A DNA stretch of 64,000 nt from Eledone cirrhosa (GCA_964016885.1 OZ024746.1:31992001-32056000), one strand, 5' to 3'. Shown: positions 27,516 to 42,067, counted from the first letter of the stretch. Made by a program: numbers and translations. Notes: generated by a model not told the origin, from the sequence alone.

Positions 27516-27815
27516 CCTCACACAACAAAATCAAGAAAATACCAATCACATCATGGCGCCAAAATAATCAAATATTTATTAAACTATTGTAGGGTAAAAG
27601 ACACCCTTCTGTCACAAATGACCATGGATTTTGCACCTAAAAAGTTCACATCAAAGGCACAAACCCAGGCAATGTGTGTTTGTGTAAGACCATCAGTCAC
27701 CCATACATGCCAGTCTCCCCTCTCAACACCACCGGTGTTATCCAAGGGAAAGGCAAAGGCATCAGTGACGTCATAAAATACACAATATGCTCTATATATA
27801 CTCTCTATAAATACA

Positions 27816-27874
<59 letters not shown>

Positions 27875-29162
27875 CACTATATATGATGTTGTCCAAGGGA
27901 AAGGCTGATACAGTACCAGTGACGAAGCGACTGATTTCTACAGCTGAGTGAACTGGAACAAGGTGAAATAAAGTGTCTTGCTCTGGCAAGGTAAATGTTT
28001 ATTATCACACCCGTCTCCTAGACTGGTGTTATGGAGTGGGGGAACCACAGAAAACAAATAATTTACAACAGTTGTAAAAGTCATATTTGTTCAAAACACT
28101 TAAAAATTCACAGGTATAACATAAACTTCAGCTTCAAAATCTCAACCAAATCTCAAATCTATCAACTAACTACCCTTAAAATAAAAATAGTTATTATTAC
28201 ATCGACCTCACTGCGTTACTGGTACTTCATTTTACCGACCTCGTTAGGATGAAAGGCAAAGTTAACCTCAGCGAGATTTTTACGTTCTGAGTTCAAATCC
28301 CGCTGGGCTTATTGGGTCGATAAAATAAAGTACCAGTTATGTATTGGAGTCAATTTAATTGACTATCCCTTCTTTTCAAATTGCTGTCTTTACAGCCGTC
28401 TCGAAAACGGGTGGAATATAACTTAACCAGATAATGCTTATCTTACATGAAATATAAGTACTTTAAAAACAGAAAGATTTGTATCAAAGAACCAAGAGAG
28501 GTGGTGGTCTCAGATGGATTGCTATCAAAACTGTTAATTAACAACACAATAAACCTATACTTAGAAATAAGAATGTTCTCACATTCATTCATTGTTGCTT
28601 TCTTTCTCTCATTGTTACATACTTCCTTTTAATGATATCTCCGCCTCTCTCCTTCTCCCCTTCCTAACACACACATACACTAACTTATACATATACACAT
28701 GCATATACATAACATATACATACAAACAAACATATACACACGTGTGTGTGTATATATATATATACAGGGGCGGTGGAATTAGGGGGAGGGCAGAGGGACA
28801 ATGCCCCCCCCCCCCGTAATAATTATATATTTTCTCCCCAAACTACTAAAACACACATCTATGTGTATATGCACTACAATGTATGTACATGTTATGTAGA
28901 GACAGATGGGAGAGATAGATATATATTTCTATTTATTTGCCACCAGGGCATCAAAGATTGGGACAAATACAAAGGGGGGAGTTTACATACATTTAAAAAG
29001 ACGTGTAAAAAACATAACAAATTAAATTTAACAATCGATGTCCTCAATAGGGAGGGGCGTTGACATGGGTCGCACACACCCCCGAAAAAATGTTCAACCC
29101 CCCTCTTCAGGAGCACAAAGTGCGGGTGCTTCCTTCCTCTTCTCATTCTTCTCCTCTCTCAC

Positions 29163-32100
29163 CTACAGGCTGCTATAGAGAGAAGGCCCATTCACTCGGG
29201 CCATTCTCGCTACTTTCACCCACCTTTCATAAAACTTGCTGGGGTAGAGCACCTCTCTCTCCATTTTGATCCTTCTTCTAAAGTGGTACTTGAAAAAAAG
29301 GACCAGTTGTTGGCCGGAGAGAAAGGTGTCTGACCTCGGCCCCTTCAACCTTGTCCACCATACAACTCCTTTCGCCATGGCTATCACACAGGGGTAAACC
29401 GCCTCTCCTTCGTTTTTGAAAGGGGGAGGCGGTTTGATCGTGACAATGTTCTCGGTGGTCAACCGGATTGGTCCCACCCGCGACAGTAGTCGTTCTACAT
29501 AGCCCCACAGGTCAGCAACGCCCGGGCAGTGTACGAATGCGTGTGCGACGGTTTCCTCGTCACGCACGCATCTTGGACAGATCTTCTTCGAGGGGTCCCT
29601 ACCCGGGCGCCCGTGTCTGTAGAGCTTGTCCCGAACGGGTAGAGCTCCTCGGTAACATTGCCAAGCCAGGGACTTTTGGAAGTTGTCCATCGGTCCCGGG
29701 CCAAACCTCCTACCGAACAGACTGGCCAGCTCGTCTTCCTCCATGCCCAGAGCCTCTCCGAGAGCGTCGTCGCACTTACTGCGCACCAACCCTCTATAGA
29801 ATGTTGAGGTTGAGTCTCCACAGATTGCCGGATCCGCTTGCCAGAGAGCCGTGAGCGCCTGGGCACATTCGATGTGCCAGTCGCCCACTTTTCTCGGTCT
29901 TTGCTTAACCCAGGATTGCAGCTCGGTGAGTGAGACGAGTCTCGGAAAGGCTCGCCTCACAAACAGGGCCCACACCGGCTGACCCATGAGGAATACCTGG
30001 AGGTGCCGTAGCCTTAATGCGTGTCTACGCTTCGTCAGCCACGGCATCCTCAGCCCTCCGTTCGAAGGGTGTTGACAGCAGATGGATCTTCTCACCAAAG
30101 GAGCCCGCTTCTTCCAAAGAAATCGGAAGAGCGCGCGCTCCATTTTGGCGAGTGTTTTTTCTGGGCAAGGCACGACGGTCAAGCGGTAGTAGATGACGGA
30201 CGCTATATAAGCGTTCGCCACCTCCGCTCGACCTTTCAGGGATAGTTTGCACTCGGCCCACTTCTGGGCGAGTGCAAACACCTTGCCCGTTACCTCGTCC
30301 CAGTTTTTCTCCACCTGAAGGTCCGGTCCGAACCAGACCCCGAGCAGCTTCACCGGTCCCTCCGTCCAGCGTCCGACGATGCCGCCGGAGGCATCGTTTT
30401 GCCCCTCCACGTCCCGAGTTGCAAACCGACGGACTTGTCCCGGTTCAGCTTGGCTCCTGTGAACCTTTCATGTTCCTCCAGTAAGGTACCGATCTGCCCG
30501 ATTTCCGAGGCGCACGACACCATTACTGTCACGTCATCGACGTAGGCCGACACCGCTTTCCGCAATCCCGGTTCCAAGGGGATGCCCTGCAACAGCTCCA
30601 GCTTCCGCAGTAGTGGCTCGAGAGCCAGCACATACAGGAGGGAGGAGAGAGGGCATCCCTGTCGAATGGATCGCGTGATTTGGAACGGCTCCGAGAGGTA
30701 GCCGTTCACCTTGACCCTCGAGCAGGTGTTGCTGCTGTGCATTGCAGAAATCCAGCCCTGAAAACGGGTCCGAAGCCTGCCGCCGCGAGCACCGCATCCA
30801 GGTACCGATGGTCAACCCTATCGAACGCCTTAGATTGATCCAAGTTGATCAGGGCCCCACCAAAGCCGGGTTCGTTCCCTACCCTCTCTACGACGTATCG
30901 CATGAGGTGGAGGTTGTCGTGTATGGACCTGGACGGGATTGCGCATGTCTGCGCTTCTCCCACCAGGTTCCCGACGACAAGCGCCAACCTCTTCGCTAAC
31001 ACCTTGGCCAAAATCTTTAACTCTGTGTTTAGCAGAGTTATGGGCCTGAAGTTATCTATGTCATCCCCCTTGTTCTCGTCCTTCCTCACCAGCGTGACTA
31101 CGCCCTTTGTCACAGAACTGGGAATTCTCCCGTTCTGTTGCCAGTTGCAGTAGACCGCTTCGAGGAGACCGGAGAACAAGCCCGGCATCGCTACATAAAG
31201 TTCGTATGGTAGACCATCGAAACCCGGAGATTTGCGTTTGCCACATTGGCTCAGCGCTTCCCCTATTTCAGCGGCTGAAATCGGCCTCTCGCAGGACTTC
31301 GCCTCCCCGTCCGAGAGCCGCGCCAGACCGTCGAGGTATGGACCGAAATCCATGGCCCCACCCGAACAGTCGTGCAAAGCGCCGTTGAAAGGCCGCGCTC
31401 ATCCGCTCAGGTTCAAGGATCACGCGTCCATCCTGGTCCTTCAAAGACCGAATCGTGGACTTGTTTCCACTTTTTTTCCTCTGTCACTCGGGCCCAGCTA
31501 ACAGCTTTGACTCCCTCGTTACCCAGAGCACGTATTTTACTCCTGACAACGCAACCCTCGTGCTTCGCATCAAAGAACTGGTCTAGGGCCGTTCTTGACG
31601 CCAGCACGCCGGCCACGTTGCCACTCCTAACCGCCTCTTCTACTCTATTTGTTAATTCCCTTTCAGTTCTACTCCTATCTGATGCTAAGTCCTGACTAAA
31701 ACCTATCGATTCTATTCTAATTTCTCTCTTGAGAGATCCCCACCACCTGCTGTTGACAATTTCCCCCGTCAAACGCTGCTTAACTAGTGTCCTAATCCGC
31801 TTACTGTAAGCTTTGTTTGTCGGTAAAGACAAGTTTAGCTTCCAGTAACCGGGTCCCTGTCTATGAGTTCTATCAAGGTTGACCACTCCTGTCACCAACT
31901 TGTGATCCGAATAGTCAACCATGAACATTCGTGGACAGCTTAATATGTCCCTATCCTTATTTCTAACTAGGAACCTATCTAGGTACGACCTAGATGTTCC
32001 GCTGCGATTAGTCCACGTCGACAGTGGCACAGTCGGAAAATCTAGTCGATATCTATCGGCCAGATCAAATCGGCCGATTAATCGTTTGAGGCTGTTACAC

Positions 32101-32582
32101 CCCCCTCTATCGGGACATGCTCCTGCATAGTCCCAACGTGCATCCAGGATACTATTCCAGTCCCCCACTAAAAGAAAGGAGCGAGACGTTCCCAGGAAAT
32201 TCTCCAGGCGTCGGAAGAAGTCCGGTCGCGGTGTCTCAGATGGGGCATACGCTGCCACCAGCCTGAAAGCTCCACCTTCACCACTGCCGTCGTCTAAAAC
32301 CACCAGTCGATCCTCCGGGTCCAGGTGTACCTTCTGTGTGGCAAGACCCAGGTGTTTTCGCAGCAGAACGACAACCCCACCCCCACCCCTCGGCTGACAG
32401 AGAGTTGCGTAGATCTCAAAGTCGTCGAAGATGGGGGCCAGCTGGCGCTCGCTGCTGATCCTGGACTCGCAAATAACCATTACATCCACTCTGTGCGACC
32501 TGAGGTCATTTAAGAGTTTGCCCTGTTTCCAGGACATCCCCAGGCCGCGTGCATTCACACATCCAACTCTTATATTGGCCAT
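29163..32582 (-). pseudogene. Tx1-like ORF2 (APE-RT-ZnF) broken into four ORFs by frameshifts
   Basis: APE: VNARGL, GDWN, SYLDRF, SDHK. RT: KSPGFDGLP, NFRPITLLN, DQSKAFDRVDH, RQGCPLS, YVDD. C-terminus: CPRC...ETVAHAFVHC. Confidence 0.92.
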
Positions 32583-33294
32583 GTTGGTGCTGAAGAGTTA
32601 AAAAGGAAGAGGAAAGGAAATTACTTACCTCTTCGTCTCCTGGGGACCAGGCTGCACACTTTCTACGGGGGTGTTGGAAGGGTTGTTTGGTGGGGTGGTG
32701 GTTTGTGGTTGGGTGAGGACATCAGTGTGTGGTGGGATTAAGGTGTTTGGTGGGGTGTGGGTGTCTGGTGTGGGGGTGGGGAAACATCTCAATAGGACGT
32801 GGTTAAGTGGTTTGGTGCAGTTGGTCCCCACATGCATTGGGTGGTTCTTTTTCAAAGTTACATAGGTTTCCGTTGGGACCCTAATCATCATTAGGTGCGG
32901 TTTGTTCGCTGCGTAGGTGAAAGTGATCCCTTCGGTTTCCACCGAAGGGTTATTTTCTATTGTTTTCATCAAAGTTTTATTGTTCTTGTTAATGTATGTA
33001 TAGAGTTTTTGTTGTGTTTGTTTTTGTTTGTTGTTCTTGTGCGTGTTTGCGTTTTGTAGTATGTGTTATGTTTTGGGGAGGGGTGGGTTTTTTGTTTGTG
33101 ATGTTTGTTCTGTTTGTGCTGGTGGTTGTGTGTTTGTAGCATTTATGTTAATGTGGTGCCTTTTTTTTTTCCTTTTCACCTGTTGAAAGGGTTCTCCCTC
33201 GTCGTCACTGGGTGACGTCGATACGGAGTCCTCTTCCGTGTTGTTGGGGAGGGGTATATTTTGGGGTTTTGTTGTGGTTGCTTTTGTATTTGTT

Positions 33295-34062
33295 TTAGGT
33301 GGGGAGGGGTTGGGTGAAACAGTGTTTTGTGTTGTTATTTTTCCGTGTTGTTGTGGTTGTTGTTGTTGTGGTGGTGGTGGTGGTGGTAGTGGTGGTGGTG
33401 GTGGTGGTGGTTGTGTTGTTGTGTTCGGGGTTGGCAGAAGAGCCTTTTTTTTTACTCGTTAATTGAGGACAGGCAGCCCTCAGGTGACCCCTGCTTAAGC
33501 AGTGGTAACATGACGGCCGCCTTCCCTCCACTGAAATGTTTATATAAGTTAGCCCGTCCAGAGGCACGCGTTGTGGGATATTCGCTATTCGTTCTGGGCT
33601 CATTTGCACCAGAACTTCTACGCTGGTCCCACCAAATACCCCTCTGGAGGACTTTCCTATTGAAATTATCTTGTCTTCATCAAAGTCAATGATTCCACAT
33701 AGTATCCACCAAATATTTACATTTGGTGTGATACTCATTATTTTTATTCTTTGTGTCCTTTTTCCCCTGTATGTGGGGAAAAAGGTGAAGCGGGGGGACA
33801 CAATGGGTGATACCGAGTATTTTTGTGCTGTTGACTGGTTGTTCATTAGCACCGAAATGCTACCAAACAGTTTACCTTTTTGTATGAAGGTTATGTCCTT
33901 CATTGCATCTTTTAGAACCAGCTCAATTTCATTTTGTGATAATTGAGCTGGTTTTCTTGTTTCGTTCGATATTGTCCTGAAAACTGTGGTTTTCAGGACA
34001 GCCTCTCTACGTAATTCCTGTGGAGAATTGATGCTAAAAGCACCGTTTTCGCCAAAAGTCAC
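33295..34062 (-). pseudogene. Tx1-like ORF1 core (gag-like, CCHC knuckle); probably continuous with 34106-34420 and 32625-33290 before disruption
   Basis: VEGRRPSCYHCLSRGHLRAACP, directly upstream of ORF2 on the same strand. Confidence 0.8.
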
Positions 34063-34619
34063 GAATTATTTTGCGTCTTGTAGTAGTTGTTTAGCATTTG
34101 TTATGTCAATTGGCGTGTATAGTTCGTTTTTTTTTAGTCTGTGCGAACGTTGTTTTGGTGTTATTGTCTTTTTTGTTGCTGCTGTTGTTGTCACTGTTGG
34201 TAATATTGTTCATGTTTTCCTTGGTGTTGCTATTGTTGCAGTTGTTGGTTGTGGTGTTATTGTCATTGTTCTTGTTGTTGGTGCTGGTATTATTTACCGG
34301 GTTTGGTTTCGTGGTTTCAATATTTTCAACGTTTTTCGATAATGCGAGGGGGGAAGGCTGCAAGCTTTGTACTCCTACCTTCCCTCCACCACTTTTCTTA
34401 GTGCGAGGTGGAAATGGCATCCATTGCTGATACCAAGTCTACACAGTTTTGAGATGAAAATGAAAATGAAGATAGGGGCGAAAATTAGTTGACTCAACGT
34501 CTGACGGCCCAGGCAAGGGGTTAAACTAAACAATGCTATTAAATTGAGCAATGAACTCACAGTTTTTTTTACAATAATCCGTAAAAAAAATCCGGAGCGA
34601 AGTAATTCACATCTATATC

Positions 34620-35060
34620 AAGTGGTAATTGATATAGAGAGGGATATTGGAAGAGAGTTCCGTGTTTATTGATATAGAAAGGGAGAGAGTTTGGTAGTAA
34701 TTGATATAGCGAGGGGGAATGGAAGAGAGTACTGTGTAGTAGATATAGAGAGGGGGAGAGTTTGGTGTAAATTGATATAGAGAAGGAAATTGGAAGACAG
34801 TTCTGTGTAGTAGATATAGAGAGGGGGAGAGTTTGGTGTTAATGATATATAGAGGGCGATTGGGAAGTATGTTGTATGGTTGATGTAGAGAAGGGGGGGG
34901 GCGTTTGGTGTTACTTGATATAGAGAGGGGGGTCGGAATAGAGTTCGTGTAGTAGATATACAGAGGGGGATTGGATGAGAGTTCCGTATAGTAAATATAG
35001 AGAGGGGGAGAATTTGGTGATTGTAGATATACAGAGAGGGATAATGGGAGAGTGTATATA
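34620..35060. repeat. Degenerate purine-rich minisatellite
   Basis: Alternating gatatagagagggggagagtttggtg and gatatagaga..ggaagagagttc.gtgtagta units. Confidence 0.8.
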
Positions 35061-35410
35061 TAGAAGAATAAATTGGGTATAATACCAGTATCTTACCAAA
35101 TGCGAAGAATCTCGATATATTAACCCCTTAGGAAATAGCACAGATCATCATTTTTTTTAAATTATATATACAGTGGTGGTGGAACTGAGGGGGTGGGGGG
35201 CATGCCTCCCTTCAATAATTATATTTTCTCCCCAAACTACCAAAACACACATCCATTTGGATATGCGCTACAAATTATGTACATGTTATGTTTATCGCAT
35301 ATCGAAGTTTTCTGACCATTTTAGAGTGCAAAGAGCTAAACTAATCCCAACTAAATTGCCCAAATTTGCCCCCCCCCCCATCTCCCCAAGTCAGAAATGC
35401 TTTCACCACA

Positions 35411-35463
<53 letters not shown>

Positions 35464-36073
35464 TGTGTGTATGTGTGTGTGTTCGTATGTATGTATGTGT
35501 TCGTATGTATGTATGTGTGAGTATTAGTTTTTATGTGTAGTTATGTTCATATAAGATCTGTGACTATTTCATTTTGATGAAATACCTTTACATTTGATTA
35601 GTATACTATCAGCAGCCATCTTGTCTCAGTTATGAGACACATTGTGCTGAGATTTAGGACTGAAAACAAATGAACCCCTCTTGTTAAGGTAGACAACAAC
35701 AACAACAACGACGACAGCAACGACACCAACAACAGCAATCTATAGATTTCAGTCCTACAACGCACTACTCCCAGTCCACGACCAAACATGAAATTTGAGT
35801 TTACTTGAAAGCACTGATCATTATAGACAAGATTGAAATCAAACCTCGAACAGAGAAACAAGAAACCATTCTTTCCTATATGCCACTTGAATGGACGAAT
35901 AATGGTGAATCTTTAGTTTCTATGATAATTAGGGCTGAAATACCACAGATGACTGGGCCCTTGTTAAGACACATTCAATTAGAGTACCAATCATACATAT
36001 TTTAAAGGGTTTCTAGGGTTTGTATATTTCATGGACATTGGATCTTCTCCGACTAATAAGATATATGTAAGTG

Positions 36074-36104
<31 letters not shown>

Positions 36105-36324
36105 GTAGAATAATCGAGAATCGGAATATCAGCCCACGAAATCACGATAAACAATATCCGACATGTGTAGCAGGGGGCTCAATAATTTGGATAAATCAGA
36201 GCTATAACTATCGTTAAAATACCAACACATAGAGATTATGCCTAAAATCACCCGTGCAGCCGAAAAAGAACGACCAGGAAGATTCGGGTCACTCAAATAA
36301 AATATCAATAAATTAATAAAATAT

Positions 36325-37131
36325 ATATACATAGATGGCAATTTCTGTCTGTTTGTTTGTGAACCTAAAACTCAAAAACTACCAAACTCATCTTGATGAA
36401 ACTTGACACGTGTGTGGGGGCTCATGCCCATTTGATTTCTTACGTATATTTCATTTTAATCAAAGGGTTCACCGGGGGTTCAACCCCCCGCTGAAAACTT
36501 CCGCTTAATTTTTTCCCTTCGATTTATATGAAATTTAAACCATAGGTAAATGACAAGATATGATATCTATTCACAAAATTTCAGCAAATTTCAATAATAT
36601 TAAGACACTCTAATGGAGGTTAAACCCCCTATAGTGAAAATTTTGGCCAATAAATGGAACAAGATTTCACGAAATCCTCCTATTGTTTTGGAGATAGATC
36701 CCCATATATATTCTGAAACTATATTTCCCGGGGTACTTGGATAAGTATATTTCATTTTAATCAAAGGGTTCCCCGGGGGCACAAAAGCCCCGCTGAAAAT
36801 TTTTTTCCTTCGATTTATATGAAATTAGGTAAATGACAAGATATGATGCCTATTCACAAAATTTAAGCAAATTTCACTAATATTAAGACACCCTAATGGG
36901 GGTTCTATTTTTTTCCTTATAGCAACACTCAACTTCTCTGACAAACATGTTTTCGCCTGACCAATGCAATCAACAATATTTGTTTGTATTATTGTTTCGT
37001 AAATGAATTTGTCTTCGCTTTTGATTATCTATCCTATATTTTGATTTCATTTTTGGTCTGAGAGGTATTGGGCATTTTAATGAGAACTGGGAATACTCCC
37101 GCTCCCGGGTATTACCGGGTACCTCACCTAG
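36325..37131 (+). mobile_element. Non-autonomous Helitron, second family
   Basis: 5' (TA) run then tctgtctgtttgtttgt microsatellite; 3' hairpin cccgg..ccggg then CTAG|T; internal ~170-bp duplication. Confidence 0.7.
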
Positions 37132-37136
37132 TATAT

Positions 37137-37202
<66 letters not shown>

Positions 37203-37276
37203 CGCATGCACGTATGAATATTTACAATTTGTTCCAAGTATATCCAACAATCTATGACGGTCTCTATATAAATAGA

Positions 37277-37341
<65 letters not shown>

Positions 37342-37537
37342 GCGTGTGTGTGTTGGTTGGTTTGTGTGTGTGTGTGTGTGTGTGTGGATGTCAGTTACTT
37401 GATATGTATAAGTAAATTATTTGTGCATGAAAGATGTCATAGTGTTGTTAATAAATAATAGGAACAACTAATACAACTGGTTGTACTGAACGGCATATTT
37501 ATGTTTGTGTACACACTCAAACACACACATTATATTG

Positions 37538-37580
<43 letters not shown>

Positions 37581-37696
37581 TATATATATATATATATATA
37601 TAGTGTGTGTATATATATATATATTCAGAAGGAGAGTGAGTGAGGTTAATGGAAGTGTCAAATTGTTTCCTGCTTAAATTTATAAACTCTAATGAG

Positions 37697-37731
<35 letters not shown>

Positions 37732-37808
37732 AAACAAATATAGTTATGTGTGTATGTATATATATATATATATGTGTGTGTGTGAACAAATAAAGTTATG
37801 TGTGTATG

Positions 37809-37841
<33 letters not shown>

Positions 37842-37962
37842 ATATTCATTCTGCTCCCTCTATCTCTCCTTCCCTATTTAACTTGATCTCAATATTCTGA
37901 TTTCTGGTAATATGCTTTAACTCCCCAAGGAGAAATAAATAATGTTAAATAAACATTGAGTT

Positions 37963-38072
<110 letters not shown>

Positions 38073-38136
38073 TCTCTCACACACACATGCACACACACAC
38101 ATGGACTCAGCCTGTCAGCTGGAATATGTAATAGAG

Positions 38137-38188
<52 letters not shown>

Positions 38189-38302
38189 ATATATATATAT
38201 ATGTATATGCGTATATGTATATGTATATGCGTATATGTATATGCGTATATATATATATGCGTATATATATATATGCGTATATATATATATGCGTATATAT
38301 AT

Positions 38303-38407
<105 letters not shown>

Positions 38408-38409
38408 GA

Positions 38410-39247
38410 TATAAGTATGTACACGTACATACATATATGTATACAGACGTACAGTAGTATGTATATATATATATATATACATACATGCATACATATATAT
38501 ATGTACGTATGGATTATATATATGTACGATAGCTAATAAGCTTGAAACTAGTACAGCGTTCCTTTGTCAGTGTTGAACAAACGAGCAACGATGGTTGCTA
38601 GACACTACGGCTTAATACGGGATGTTTGTTTACAAACACACCGGGCATTATAATAAATGTTCGGTGTATCCATACGTACATATATGTATGTATGCATGTA
38701 TGTATATATATATATACATACTACTGTACGTCTGTATACATATATGTATGTACGTGTACATACTTATATTTAAGTAACAGCCGTACTAAGAGTGGGAAAT
38801 GAAATTTCGTTTCATTTTTTCCGTTTATCGTTTTCGATGCACCCGGCCGATTAACCCACTCGATATGCAAATTGGGCTACTCAACCATTAATATGCATAA
38901 GGTAAGTATATACGTTCAACAATCTGGCAGGAAGGTATACGTTGCTGACGATAGCTAATAAGCTTGAAACTAGTACAGCGTTCCTTTGTCAGTGTTGAAC
39001 AAACGAGCAACGATGGTTGCTAGACACTACGGCTTAATACGGGATGTTTGTTTACAAACACACCGAGCATTATAATAAATGTTCGGTGAATCCATGCGTA
39101 CATATATACATTTATGCATGTATGTATATATATATACATACTACTGAACGTCTGTATACATATATGTATGTACGTGTACATACTTATATTTAAGTAACAG
39201 CCGTACTAAGAGTGGGAAATGAAATTTCGTTTCATTTTTTCCGTTTA
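38410..39247 (+). mobile_element. Hammerhead-bearing non-coding repeat: partial tandem with 422-bp period plus inverted 5' piece
   Basis: 38526-38828 repeats at 38948-39247; 38410-38515 is an inverted copy of ~38665-38768; (TA)n flanks. Confidence 0.75.
38940..38980 (+). ncRNA. Minimal type I hammerhead motif
   Basis: cgttg-CTGACGA-t-agct(aata)agct-t-GAAA-ctag-TA-cagcg; palindromic stem III ACTAGT. Confidence 0.78.
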
Positions 39248-39372
39248 TATATAGATATATATGTATATATAGATATATATGTATATATAGATATATATAT
39301 AGATATATATGTATATATAGATATATATGTATATATAGATATATATGTATATATAGATATATATGTATATAT

Positions 39373-39415
<43 letters not shown>

Positions 39416-39699
39416 TATATATGTATATGTAGATATATATGTATATATAGATATATATGTATATATAGATATATATGTATATATAGATATATATGTATAT
39501 ATAGATATATATGTATATGTAGATATATATGTATATGTAGATATATATATGTATATATATATATGCGTATATATATATATATATGCATATATATATATGT
39601 ATATATAGATATGCATATATTGATATATATGTATATATATATATGCGTATATATATATATATATATATGCGTATATATATATATATATATGTGTGTGTG

Positions 39700-39749
<50 letters not shown>

Positions 39750-40020
39750 TGTGTATGTTCCAGTTGTTCGTATAATGGAACAATCGAAATTAAAGTGCAA
39801 GTTTCTGAGCAGGTACGACTTAAGGAGATTTAGCGTAATATATTTTTGCTAACCAAGTATACTGGAGCAATGTGACAAAGTATCTTGCTCAAGGACACAA
39901 TACACCGCCGGCGTTTGAGCCAAACACCTTAACCACTAAGTCATGCTCCTTCACACACAGAGACATATATACATATGAAATAATTATCTTATGTTGTTTA
40001 TTACATAACTATAACATATA

Positions 40021-40078
<58 letters not shown>

Positions 40079-40188
40079 GCAAAAGTTCTATTTAAATTGT
40101 TGGGATACAACAAGTAAATATTTTTATAACTGATATAAAGCACTCGACAAGTATTTGGAGTAGATATACGATATACTGGTATATATTG

Positions 40189-40253
40189 TATTTTGTCTGA
40201 TGAAGACATACCATAATTTAACTTGGTATCCTTGAAATATGTATAATGAAATA
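40189..40253 (+). ncRNA. Hammerhead motif inside (TA)n-flanked repeat 40079-40295; same family as 19576-19640
   Basis: tattttgt-CTGATGA-agacatacca/tggtatcctt-GAAA-tatgta-TA-atgaaata. Confidence 0.6.
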
Positions 40254-40293
40254 AATATGGTTTTATAAATATAGTTTCCATTTGTTAATATCG

Positions 40294-40368
<75 letters not shown>

Positions 40369-40575
40369 AAACATAGTATATATATTCGATGGTACCAATA
40401 TATACACCGTATGTTAATGCGGAGTGCTTATATTTAGTTTAACACAAAAAAAAAAAAAAAAATTCACAAAAATATCTTTATTTAATATCGATCAGTCATC
40501 ATCAAGTAGAAATTGACAGACAGATAAATAACTAGCGTGTATATAAAGAGATAAACAGCTAGCGATTATATAATA

Positions 40576-41573
40576 CTAGCAGCAGGACCCGGCGTTGCAC
40601 GGGATAGGAAACGTGAAATAGCAACACGCATATGCAAAGATTGAGGAATGTAGCTGTGTACTTTTTGAATTCCCTTATTCTCAGGGAATGATTGTTCATC
40701 TACTGGAAACGTAGAACACCAACAGGCCCGAATCGCGGAACATCTGCATGCATGTGCAAAATCTGAAGAAAATCAGCTGGATACTCTTTAGCGTATTAAA
40801 TCTTTTCGAGTTTTATAGATTCACACCCAGTCATCTGGACAGACATCATCAGTTACGTCTATTGCACCTGCATCCATACTGTACAGAGTAACGCCTGCAA
40901 TGCACAACCACTGCTCGGCGTACTTGCGCAGGGCGTTCAATACTGCGGTGTATGTGCAACAAAAGGGGGTCTTAGTAGAAGTAGCACAGACGTGAGTTTT
41001 ACGGTGACAATAACACGGCAACGTACACAGGCAGGGCCCGGATTTGCGCGTGATCAAAGCTCGAAGCGTCAACAGGGCGCCGACAAATATTTTAAGGTCC
41101 TCCTCATTTCCTCAATGCCCCGAAAATGGACCTGCTTAAAAGTAAGTGTGGTCCTCTGTTAAATAAACCAAATTTTTAACGAAATATTATACGCTGCTTA
41201 CGATGTTTAAGTAGAGTTTATATTGAAAATGAAAATGGCATGTAATGCCCAATGCTAATTCGTAAATTTCCTAGAAACCATTAATGGTATCGGAATTTTT
41301 TTTGTCCACGGCAATGCGAGGGAACTAACTAATGTGTGCTGCAAATTTCGAGGAAATCGGCTGGATTATCTTTAAGTTACGCCTCAAAAAAAAACTAAAA
41401 ATGCCTTTAAAATGCGGTTTTTCGCCTAATGCGAGCCCTAGGGTAGTAAAAGTTAAAATTGCACTTCAAGAAATATAAGTAACGCATGTGTAAAGTTTGA
41501 AAAAAATCGGTCGGGTACTTCTCGAGTTTTAGGGATTTACACAGACAGACATCCTCTGTTTTATATATATAGA
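40576..41573 (-). mobile_element. Non-autonomous Helitron with the same termini as 12435-13343 but a different interior
   Basis: actagcag...cccggcgttgcacgggata at one end; cagacatcctc.gttttatatatataga at the other. Confidence 0.82.
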
Positions 41574-41743
41574 GATGTGTGTATATAAAAGATCTGTATT
41601 TAACATCTCACTGTTTAAAGGTTAGTCCGTCTCGTGGTCCCTGTGGACAGAATGGAGAAGATATAATCCCAGAGGATGGCGAGGGAGACGCACTGGAACA
41701 GCCACTCCACTTCGCGGGGCTCATTCTTGCAGGTAACCAATAT

Positions 41744-41784
<41 letters not shown>

Positions 41785-41864
41785 GCAGTGAGTAGGGATG
41801 TAGTGCGGGGGTGTGTAGATGTGTGTGACGTTCACTTTTCTTGTAACATATTCTGTAACTATAT

Positions 41865-42058
41865 CAGACATGTCAACTCTCTACGTCCGACGAGGACATC
41901 TCTCACCCACTTTGGGGTGGGTGAGAGATGTCTTCTCTTGTGAAAATGGGTATAGCTTTCATTATGTAAAATCTCCCCATTTTGCCTCATTTCTCCCCGT
42001 TTTGGGGCACCTTTTTCGTGGCACTCACCATTTGGGTTTTTAGAGGTTGGCAGGTCTG
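41865..42058. mobile_element. ~195-bp MITE; copies at 44795-44990, 48028-48415 (split by a family A SINE at ~48134-48320) and ~53660-53836
   Basis: TIRs cagacatgtcaac / gttggcaggtctg; shared aatgggtatagctttcatt interior. Confidence 0.72.
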
Positions 42059-42067
42059 GCTATATAA

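Larger units (their letters stand above)
28920..34612 (-). mobile_element. Near-full-length L1-superfamily (Tx1-like) non-LTR retrotransposon, frameshifted
   Basis: ORF1 with CCHC knuckle, then ORF2 with APE, RT and C-terminal Zn finger, then AATAAA-containing 3' end; ends approximate. Confidence 0.9.

Noticed and set aside
29468-32513. Plus-strand ORFs within the LINE
   Set aside because: Antisense shadows of the GC-rich ORF2
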